A stretch of DNA of 64,000 bases from the NCBI RefSeq assembly GCF_009834535.1, contig NC_045707.1, positions 62,746,001-62,810,000 of the forward strand. The letters run 5' to 3'. Both the position numbers and the translations under genes were made by a program. Shown here piece after piece: positions 25,856 to 36,719 of the stretch (the stretch's first letter is position 1; each line of letters opens with the position of its first letter). The notes under the pieces were generated by a model. The model was not told where the DNA came from. It did not search any database and saw only the letters and a program-made list of their open reading frames with translations. Origin of the DNA: Camelus ferus. Its lineage: Eukaryota.

Positions 25856-27849
25856 TTGTTGTGGTTGATATTCTTAAATTTTACCCCAGAGAGTACACAT
25901 TCATAGGAGTATGCATGTGCATTATTGTAATATGTTCAAGACTTAGAAGGAAACATTTAAAACCATAATAGCCTAAGAAAAAGGTATATTTTAGTTTAGG
26001 GAAAAAGGTATAATAATAGCATAGTGAACTGAAAACTTCCCCAAGTTACTTATCTTGTATATAATCTATACCTATAGACTTTTTTTTATTGCATTTGAAT
26101 TTCATTAATTTGAGATTATTACTCTCTTTCTTTCTTAGCAAAAAGTGGAAAGGAAAAGAAAAATCATAAAATCATTACTTCTGTCTCATAATAAAGTAGA
26201 ATGTATAAATATGTTCATTTATTTCTCGGTTAAAAAAAACAATTTTAAATACATGCACGCATGCATACACACACACAGTTATTGCCTAGATCAAATGCTG
26301 CTTTTATGATCTTGGAAAAGTCCTTCAGTGTTTAAGTTTCAATGTTTGACCTATAACGTTGTGTCAAAAAAGCTATTTTGATGATACTGTATTGAAACTC
26401 AAATGAGATAATTTATAGTAAAGTGCTAGGAAATTTAAGAAAGGTCAATACATGTACTTGCCTTTGCCTATAACTGCAGAGGAGAAAATAAGAGTGTCTG
26501 ATAAAGTATTACCCGACCCCTTAGATTTGTACCCCTTTTGTGAGGAAATCATATTTATGTATAATTCATAAATGTATTTGTTTAAGTCCATTAAAATGAT
26601 ACAATGTAAGTTTAGGTTTCCAGTTGAAGTCTTGCCAGTCACCAAACATAGGCATGGGACATTTGCTGTCAGAAAGACCATCACAAGAGGGGGCGACCAT
26701 GAGGGAGAGAGAGCCACCTGCTTCCCAGCACAGTGATGCCCCTTGCTGCTGACCACTTGCAGGATGCTCCCTCCCTCTGCTGCTTGCATCTTCCAGCCTA
26801 TGCTCAGGTCTTCTCAGACCATTTTCCAGATACTCAAACTGTACTGTTTATCTCCTCCTTTCAGGTGCTTCTATAAACTACTCCACCCAGAGAAGGCCAA
26901 AAGTATGCTCAATCAATCCTAGGCAAAATCTGGCCTTCTTTTTTTTTTTTTTTTTTTTTTTACCTGTATTCGAGCCTTATCTCCTTAGAATTAATCACGA
27001 TAGCACTGTACTACATGGAAAATACGTTTCTACATCAAATAATTGACACAAAGATCAGTGGTTCCTACATATTCTCCAAAACATTATTTTACTGCTGACA
27101 GTTTTACATTAAGTTGACCTATATGTTTGGGTCACCCCAAACTGTTCTGTATCCATTCAAATCATTTGAATACTTTTAAATGGGTCAGGATTTTTTTTTT
27201 CCCTTTTCTGTGTCAAAATGGCACCAGCATTGATTATTTTTAAATTGAAATGGAGAAATTTTTTTGTCTGTTTTACCTTGTCTAGGATTGTGACATGGGT
27301 TGTATGCAGTCCTGAAATAAACAGTATTTCTTTCATAGCCTACATCTCTGGACACACGAAAGTACCTTTTCCTGTCCAAACACTTTTAGTAACTCATAAA
27401 GTATGCAAAGGGAAACTTCTTCAAACTCTGCCTGGATAACTTTGGCAAGTTTAACTTCCATACCCTAGATTGCAAGAACTAGTTGCAAATCCCCAAGGAA
27501 TAGTAATTCCTCCAAACGAAGTCATTTCGCCTAAGAATTGACAGCTGTTGACATTGTAATACCTCGCAAGAGTGTTTGTAGCTCTACCTGGTGATCATTA
27601 TTAATATATATCTAACTTTTATTAATAATGAGTTGTCTAGGTAAAAAAGGAAAAATCTGAAATAATTACAGATGAGTAACATGTGGCTCTGAATCACCAG
27701 ATTTAAAACAGAGTGTAATTCTGCTTAATAAAAATCAATTTTGAGAGTTGCAGTAGGTTATAGAACAACTAATTATGACCAAACCCTATCCTAGGAAGAC
27801 TGAGTATTTCAAAAACAGCCAGCGGCATCTACAGTCATCAGCCAAACAT

Positions 27850-28300
27850 TGATTATTCACAGGTGGATTGCCCAAGCTGCCGTCTCCAGACACAGCAGAT
27901 TTCCTGGCTCAGCTGCTTCTTATCACCTCAGGCAAACTCTGCTCTCCAGCATCGCATTTCTGCTGCTCAGTCAGGCTGCCCTGCCTTTTGCAAATTCTAC
28001 AAGGTCTTGGGGAGCCCAACCCTCGTGCTTCAGCTTTAAGAAATCCAATCGACCCCCACTAGCCTTCCACTGCCCTTGCAATCTCCCTCTTCCCCAGGGA
28101 AGGTCATGCCTCCGAAACATTTCTACGTTGTTTTCCATTAGGAGTCTCAACCACTCCCCACAAAGTCCTGTGCACAAACATAAATCTTTTTCTAATCCCC
28201 TCTCATCCCTACCTCCCTGCACACTATCTTCTGCAGGGAATTGGGAGAGGGTAAACTGACCCAGAGACATTTCTCGTTGTAAAAAGCAGTTCTTAGAGGC
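27850..28300. promoter_or_regulatory. Candidate enhancer or promoter (locally GC-richer motif cluster)
   Basis: ETS atttcctg (27899), E-box cagctg (27910), GATA cttatc (27919), ARE/MARE tgctcagtca (27964-27973) and CCAAT (28045) in unique sequence. Confidence 0.3.
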
Positions 28301-28919
28301 TGCCCTACAAGGAGCAGGGAACGCAAAAACGGCAATACAGAAAATCAGAAAGCCTTCAGATCACTTGAATCTGGACCATGAAGACATTGAAGGGATATAT
28401 ATCTTTGCAGAGTCTTAATATTTACATAATCACCACATATTCAAGAACAGTGCAATTACAATCAAATATCCATATAAATTTTCAAACTACTGCTCTATTT
28501 AAGGCCTCATAAAACAAAGGACTATACATATCTGTTACACCTGTATTTCCAGTGGCTGACAAGGTGACTAATGCAACAAATAACTATTAATTGAATAAAG
28601 TATATTTGTATAGAGAAAAGATTTGTTGATGGCTCATAAGAAATCTTAATTTGATCTGGTGGAGAAAAAAATCAACCAGTGGGTAGTAGTTAACAAAACA
28701 CTTGAAATAATAAACACCCCCCAAAATAGCTCCTCAAAATCACTTCCTGTGATTTAAAAGGTTGATTGGAATGCAATCTGATTCCCCAACTGGAATGAGA
28801 GATTAAAAATTATTTCACAAACATTACAGTTAATTTTTTCCCTATAAAATTAGGTTCTCTGTTGTGTCATCAATAATGGGAGCTCTGTTCTTTTTCAGTC
28901 TTTTCTTTCTTCTTTCTTT

Positions 28920-29275
28920 GCTCCATTTATTCATTCAGTATTTCCTGAGAGCCAACTTCATGCCAGGCATTAAGCAAAAACAAAATATTCTCTATAGTCA
29001 AATTCTCAGTATTATGAAATCATCATATTCTGGGCAACATAGTCTCTTCTGGAACATCAGGAAAGGCTGCCCTGAGTAAGTGACATTTAAACTGAGATCT
29101 AAAGGATGCTGGTATAGAATAGATTCATCGGAGTGCAGATACTCAGATGAGTATTTCTGTGCAAGTGGTTTACTGAGGGAGTACTCTCCAGAGTGGGAAA
29201 AGCAGGACAGGAAAGGTGGCAAAAGGCAAACGAGTGTGTGATTTCAGGCAAAGCAACACGTAGCAGTGGACTGAG
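28920..29275 (-). mobile_element. LINE-2 fragment (antisense)
   Basis: 'catttattcattcagtatttcctgagagccaacttcatgccaggca...atcaggaaaggctgccctgagtaagtgacatttaaactgagatctaaaggatg'. Confidence 0.75.
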
Positions 29276-29849
29276 GGCCATCCTCCAAAGAAAACATCAG
29301 ATGTGCGCTCTTAGATGCAGAAGCATATAGAAAGGGGTTGGGAACATACACAGAATCGGTAAAAAGAGACGCTAAAATACTGGGGCAGAACACTGATGGT
29401 TATCTGCTACTGATGCCTGGAAGTGAGCCTCATAAAGGCGTTGTAAAGCCTTCCAGCCTCTTAGGGGCATCAAGTAAATCTATTGCCACATAGACCCTGT
29501 TGCCCATAGCCAAGTCCATTTCTGTCTGTGTCCATTGTCAACAGGCCCACCTTACTGAGATGACCACTTATTCCAGGAAATCATTTCTTTTCTGTTTTGC
29601 AATGCTCATTGAAAGAAAAAGAAATCTGTTTCAGAATCAAATCAGTTTTGAATAAACTACATATTTTATTTCCCTCTTAAAGATCATCACAGGATACAAA
29701 ATCCTGACATGAAACGTCTTACATAATTTTTTTTTAAATTTCCTACTTATTTCAGCTTAGAACCCATTTTTCAAGTTGTATCTATTGAAATACTTAGCAA
29801 AGTATTACAACAGAATAAAGATAAGAGGTATAATTTATTTCATATTCAC

Positions 29850-30020
29850 CATGGCTGAGTAAAGTGTTTTACACAGTATTTCATCAATTCCACACAATAA
29901 ATTATGAAGTAGGTGGAATTTCCCTAAACTCAAAAGCTAAAAAGTCACTTCACTAAAATTTGATGGAGCTGGGATTCAAACCCAAAGTAGTCTAAGCCAA
30001 AAATCTCTTTATTTATATGC
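29850..30020 (-). mobile_element. MIR SINE (antisense)
   Basis: 'tatgaagtaggt...ggagctgggattcaaacccaaagtagtctaagccaaaaatc'. Confidence 0.6.
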
Positions 30021-30024
30021 TATG

Positions 30025-30201
30025 CAGGACCCCCTGCATAATCTGTAGGACCCATCGCAAAATAAAAATTCAAGGCCCCTTGTTCAAACATTAGTAAGAC
30101 TCTCAACACAGCAAAATCAGAGCATTAAAACAAACGTGGGTCCTTCTGAACTTGGAGCCTTGTATGACTGCACAGATGGCACACCCACAAAGCCAGCCTT
30201 G
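30025..30201 (-). mobile_element. MER45A-like hAT-Tip100 MITE, essentially full length
   Basis: 'caggaccccctgcataatctgtaggaccc...aaggccccttgttcaaa...cagagcattaaaacaaacgtgggtccttctga...gactgcacagatggcacacccacaaagccagccttg' follows the reverse MER45A consensus from end to end. Confidence 0.8.
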
Positions 30202-31799
30202 TCATTGTGATTTTTGCCTCCAAGAATGCTATGGTCACTTAAAAAAAAAAAAACCTGTCACTAGAGTATGTACCATTATCATTTAAACTACTGTGCAAGA
30301 TCCCTGAATAGAACAGCTCAGACACTTACAGTTTAAGGAGTTGCACTCATTATTGTTAAGGCTAAGCCACTTACTAAATAGTTGTTAAATAAAATAAACA
30401 AGTGAAATATCCATTTGTCCTAAGTTTATTACCACCACCATTTCGTGGTTCCAGTGTTATCATGAATCTGAATGACTTCTCTGTTTATGACTGTAACTGA
30501 CTATTTAGATGCAGAAAGCTTTATTATTTTCTTCTACATGATTGAAATTATTCTAATGCTAAATGGCACGAGACATTAATGGCAAAATCTATTTAAAAAA
30601 CACCGTATATAAACAGACTTTTTAAAATATAAAAGTTTAAGAAGAGCAGATAACTCGTCAGAGCAGTCACTTACTCAATAAACTTCTGTTGAACATCTAT
30701 ATTCAACAGAAAAGTATTGAACATCTGTTGTTGCCCAGAAGCAAGAGTGACCTGCCTGATAAAATCCTGTTTCTAGGGATCATCAGAATGAATTAACCAT
30801 TACTGTGTTAAGTCCTATGAAGGACTCTGAATTCGGGAACCAAATATGGATGATCGTAATCAACTGTAATCCTTGCAACTAAAATCTTTTTTGCCAAGAA
30901 TCGTCTGCATTTGGGCTGTTCATCGTTATGCAATGCTGTTGTAGATTTTAATGTTCTTTCTTCTTCTAACAAAATATGAGCAGTTTCCTAAAAATTTATT
31001 TATTGATTGATCACTCGTTTCTCGTGTTATTTACTACTGTTTCCACTGTTTCCTTGACTAGCTTAAATTGGGGATATATGGCCATAGCAAATGAGGAATG
31101 TAGTAAATTCTGAGCAGACAAAAGGGTGAATGTTGCAGTCAAAATTTACAGCCAATTTAACAGGACATTTACTTATTTGCATGATCATTATTACACTGTT
31201 AGTTAATTAGGCATAAATGGTAGGGAGTTTACCAAAAGGACTCCGATTAGTATCACCTTCACAAAATAAAGTATTTCTATAATTGGCTCTGGGTCAGGAG
31301 CTTTTATGGAAAATAAAAGCCTGCATTTAGGTATTGAATCCTTACGGTTGCATATAGATTTCTAAAATCAGCTTGTATGAGTATGGAAAAAACAGATTTG
31401 AAGTGTGATATTTAAGGAATAATAAGAAATTGTCTTTGGAAACCCCACTGAATGCATACTGCTGAACTCAGAGGGCAGATACACTCAGGCAGCAGGTACC
31501 ATCTTCTCAAGAAGTTTGTGGACATGTTAGCTTTCCTGTTCGTTTTGTCTGAGAGGTGTAACCACACAGTGATACTGGGAGACGTACAGAGCAGACACTG
31601 CGGTCCTCCAAAGGCCAAATTTGCTGAGTTTGATCCACCAACCAGTGGCATGAGTTGAGGAATTAGAAGCCAATTTCTTTGAACAAAAGCTTGGCTTCAG
31701 AGCCAGAGAGATGGGATACGATTTCCACAGCCAAAAGGTTGGGATGAAATAATAAAGAAAAGCCTGACAATAAATTAAGGTTTCTATGTCCACTGAGTC

Positions 31800-32470
31800 A
31801 AAGCCAGTTAGGAACAAATGAGGAAGGCAAGGTACGGTTTCCAGCCATTATCAAACATTGCAGGTATGAAGTGCATATGCATTGGAATGGTTAAAGGTAC
31901 AAGATCAAAAGCTACAATGATAGTAGAAATGCAGAAAGTGGAGAGAGATGAGAGACTATTATAGCAATACCAAAGGATAGACCTTGGAAATTATTAAATG
32001 TGAAAGGAAAGAGACTGAAAAAACTCAGCCAGGCTCCCAAAATGCCAGCGATGAGACAAAACGAATAATGGTTGATAAAGAAAAAGAGGGAGAACAAGAA
32101 GAAGAAAAACTCTGTGAGAAAAGATGATAAGGAAGCTCAGTTCGTCCCTGTTGTGTTGAAGGTGACATCAGAGCACGAAGGGCAAATTTCAGTGTATTCA
32201 GGTGAGTAAATATGAGTTGGCGTTAAAGAGTAGGCTCACAGCTGGAGATGGAGATTTGAGGATCTTTTGCATAGTAGTAGCAGTTGGAAGTCATGGAAAT
32301 GGATGAAAAGAGAAAAGAAAAAGTGCCAGGGAGCAGTAAAAATCATCCACATGAGGGTGAAAAAAAAACCCAGCGATAGTGAAGATGTGGTTGGAAAATC
32401 AAAAGAATCATGAAAATATTTTTTCACAGATGCCAAAGGATAAGAATAGTCAAGTGTTAAACACTAGCAT
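31800..32470 (-). mobile_element. LINE-2 fragment (antisense)
   Basis: 'gctcagttcgtccctgttgtgttgaaggtgacatcagagc...ctggagatggagatttgaggatc...gttggaagtcatggaaatggatga'. Confidence 0.65.
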
Positions 32471-35400
32471 CCCATTCTCAGGATGTAAATGACTTAGACT
32501 TTTCTTGCTAAATACTAGACTCTCAATCATCATTGCACTTGCCTCATTAATATAATTTCTTATGTAGATCAAGTAGCCTATTTGTTGCCTCTGCAATTAC
32601 TGTGTTAAATAAGAGTTGGAAGCATCTCTGTACTAGAGAAGCAAAGTGCTGATTTGCTTTTCCGTCAGTCAATGTTGAAATTCTTGTTTCTCTTTGTATT
32701 TTCTCTCACCCAGTTACATCTGTAGTAATCTGTAAAATATGGCTCAATCAGGAACATTACTTGTACTATTACTTGATTTCCTTTCCTTTATGATTCTCTG
32801 GTGAGTCTTGTTGGAAAGAGTCTAGCAACACAGTGCATATTACTAATATATGACTCGTCTTGTGCCTTCCCTCGGTGTCTCTGAAATCATAGCTCAAAAG
32901 TTAATAGAAATCTCTGTATTTTAATAGGATGCTCTTGTCTACAAACTCAATATCAACTCAAGTATATATTCTAAAAAGCTATTTACTGTTTTAAACCTAA
33001 TGCAAATTAGGAAATTTAATTTAAAACCTTCAAGTTACTCAACAGTAATAAGAATTTCAAAAAAGAGAAGATGACTTTTTTGTCTAATAGATATGAATTA
33101 CCATTCATTTTAAGTTTATGCTAATTCTAATAACAGTATTATACCATGAAAATGAACTTGGAACTGATGAACATTATCATTGGAGGCATCAAGAAAATTG
33201 GTTGTTAACTTCTTACACAGTTGAAATGACTTTTATTATTGCCATATTCTGTTCCAACCAAAAAAATTAGCCATATTCCAGCAATGAACCATTTTAATGA
33301 TTTCATATAAAAATTCAACCAACGAACAAGAAAGATTATTCCTAAATTTAGTTAATCCCCATTCTAGAAATATTCAGTAGAAAATGAAACTGAAGATATC
33401 GTACAAGTGCTTTCATTTTTATTATAAGAATTTCTTTTCTAATTGGCAAAAAAATATACATATTACAGAGAAGCTAAGAAAAGAGAATATTTCTAATACT
33501 GAGATTTTAAAGCAAAAATGAGAAAGAAACTAATGTTATTTTACTATGTTATAGAAAGCCCTGCATATGTTTAAGATGATTAATTTCTTTTCCAGTTCAT
33601 TTGTTTTCTCTGCCTGACCTTTCCCTTTTGTGTCTATGTGAACTCACACACATAAATTTGATGTATTTGCTCGCTGACCTTGTATTCGACAGGCTGGCCA
33701 GAGAAGTGCGTGGGGAAGATCCCTCTTCCTCCTTTTAAAGGGATCAAGATATTTTTGTCTCAGGTAACTTGGGTTTGATTTAAAAGTAGGTATGAGCAGG
33801 TTTTTATTATTCTGATAATATTTACTATACTGAACTATTTTGTAAGAATGAGAAGAGAAAAATAAAATATGTATGCACAATTAGTGAAAATGAAAAAAGG
33901 AAAATAACTGTTAAAAACACTTTGCTATTTATAGCAAGAGATTGGAGTGAGATTTCTGTTTCTGAAACATATCCTGAGAGCATATGTTTCCCCTCTTGGT
34001 GTGTATGTCTCTCTCTCTCTCCCCCTTCCCCTCAATCTCAATAGGGCTGGAAGAAAGGAAAACGTCCCTTGACCCTCCCAATGAGAAGCAACAAGGAGAA
34101 TTATTATTTAAATTAAATATTTTTATAATGACAACTTCTTAGCTAAATTTTGAAGTATCAGGTAGCAGAGAGACTTCCTTGCTTAGTTATCAATCCATGA
34201 CAGAGTAAAACTCTTAAAAAATTAATAAAAACATGGAATTGGTATCAGATACAGAAACAAAATTTTTTTTTTTACTCAAAATGTTATAGCAAACAAATTA
34301 AATACATTTATACAATTATTAAGGAGAACTTCTGTTTTGGTGACAAAGTTTTGACCATAAGTGGACAGGAAAAAATGATCTGTAATGGTGTAAAAATATT
34401 CTTAAATGAAAGAAAATGCAGACAGGATTTTCTTATGGAATGAGTTTCCTGGAGTAGCACAATTTGCTTACTCTTCTGTGAAACTCCAGCATCATAATGC
34501 AGGGGAACAGTGATGCTAGCTACAGGGGGGTCCAAGGAGCCCCGGGATGGAGGTCTCCAGGAAGGTGTCCCTTGGTCTGAGAAATCTGCACACACAACCA
34601 TTCCTAGGTGGACACCACAGGAAAATAGAGAGTGCACGCTGATGCCACAGGGTTTCTCCTTCAACGCCCGGGTGATGCTAAACTGGGTAGGTTTTTGATT
34701 CAGACCCCTATCCTAGGCAGCAAAAGCTGGCTGGGTCAGAATGATCAGGACTGCCTATTCAGTTCTCTGATCTACCATGGACACAAGCTTCAGAGGTAGT
34801 CTATGCTCCATGACAGGATATCGGGTATATCTTTACAAACTCTTTATCAAATTCTCAATGATTTGTGTGTGTAAGTCACCATTTGAAAGTTACTCCTGAA
34901 GAAATTTCCAAAATGATAAATAGGATATAATGCTAAAATGGTTTCCAGGGAACTCAGTAAGCCACATTTTTCCTCAGAAACATTCTGAGATAGTTAACAA
35001 ATCATAAAATCTTAGATTCATAAAAAATCTTAGGGATGAATTCTTTGATTTTACAGAAAAGTAAATTAAAGCCAAATGAAAGAAAGACAATTCTCTCACT
35101 ATTCTAAACCTGAGGGCTTTCAAATATGCCAAAGTTTAATTCGCCTGTCATACTTTTAATTAAGGTTTCAAATAATGACCCTGATTAAAAAACTAATATA
35201 GTAATGAAGCACACACCTGTTAATGAATAAGCCACTCAAGGCAACCAATCCTACTTCAGATAGTTTACCAAAATCAACTTTTCAACAAATATCTAGGGGT
35301 AGATGGAGGCTTTACTTTTATTAATAATGTGTGTGTTTTTTTAGGTTATGGTCATGATAGTTTTCCTATCCACCATAGCATTCCATATAAATGCCTGAAA

Positions 35401-36045
35401 ATAACAGATGGTCTTTTAAACAAACACAGTTCCCACTGTATCATCAGCATAAAGTTAGATACAGATTGCTTATTTTCGCCTTGACGCAGCTTCAGTGAAC
35501 TCATCATTAGTACAACTTTGTTAACCTCGGTTTTAATAATAACCCAACTGTATCTTCAAAGTGTAATGCCAGAGGCTGAAAAAAAGGGGTTTTAAGCCAG
35601 TTCTTTTTCTTCACTTTGTTAAATTTGAAATATAAATTCTGTCGTGACTAATGCAGCAATTAAATTTGTTCAAACTGTAATCCAAATACAAAGGCGCATT
35701 AGCATAAATACTCTCTTCTCTGCTCACCCGGACAAAGAAAAGTACTAACCAAATGATCAAAAGCGTGCCAGTCACTCAGAATTCCCTGGAGACCCCTCTC
35801 CTGTTCTGCTGATGAGAAGTCTCTAGCTCTTCAATTATTCAGGAATTCAACAGTGTGCCCACAGCAGTTACAAACAGTAAATTCCAGTTTTTTTAGATTA
35901 CGTTTTCCCTATGTTAAGTATCACTCAGCTACAGATCTTCTTTTACTGAAAGGAATGTTTAAATTAAGAACAAACGAAAGACTCAGCATTTCTGATCCAT
36001 GGAGGCCATGTTAGGAAATGTGACACAGAACATGACTTCTGAGAT

Positions 36046-36057
36046 GTGACTCAGCAA
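36046..36057 (+). promoter_or_regulatory. Consensus NF-E2/NRF2-sMAF element (ARE) GTGACTCAGCAA
   Basis: Exact match to RTGACTCAGCA in non-repetitive sequence. Motif match only; function not shown. Confidence 0.35.
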
Positions 36058-36379
36058 TAAGGATTCCAAGGGATTCCTTATAAACGCAAAACTATTAGTG
36101 GGCAGAATAAATGAAAACAAAGCAAATTGCCACAGCATCGTCTCACAAGTACATGGGAAATTCACGTTTTGGTGGGAGACTATACTTGTGAGAAAGTAGT
36201 ACATAAACTTATTAAATATTAACATAAATAAATTTATATTGTGCAATGTGAAATATTAAGCATACAAACTATTAATGTATTTGCAAGCATGGATGGACAA
36301 AAATACACAATAATGTACTTACAGATTTTTTTAATTCCCAAAGAATGTTTAATGTATAAATTTTAATATTAACTGTTCA

Positions 36380-36640
36380 TAATTTCATTCAATTAATTAA
36401 ATATATGTTTCCTGAGAACTTACTATATTCCTTTCCTTGATGTCTCTGAAATCATAGCTCAAAAGTTAATAGAAATGTACAGCAGGGAACAAAAGAGTCA
36501 GGGTCCTTGCTTTTATGGATTTTAGATGTTGCAAGAAATCTATTTCCTAAAATAATGATTTAGCTGTTGCAAGAAATAATATTTCCTAGAATAATGATTA
36601 ACATAAATGAATAACAAAATTAACATAATGCAATTTGAAT
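36380..36640 (-). mobile_element. LINE-2 3' tail (antisense) carrying a local insertion and a tandem duplication
   Basis: 'ttcattcaattaattaaatatatgtttcctgagaacttactatat...tacagcagggaacaaaagagtcagggtccttgcttttatgga'. Confidence 0.7.
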
Positions 36641-36719
36641 TATATCTGATATACTTTATGTTTTGTTATTTAAGAGAATGCTCTATTTATTCCTTTGGAA
36701 AGAAACAAGCATATTTTTC

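Noticed and set aside
26680..26700. CTCF site (caagagggggcga)
   Set aside because: Only the 3' half of the core matches and key 5' positions are mismatched.
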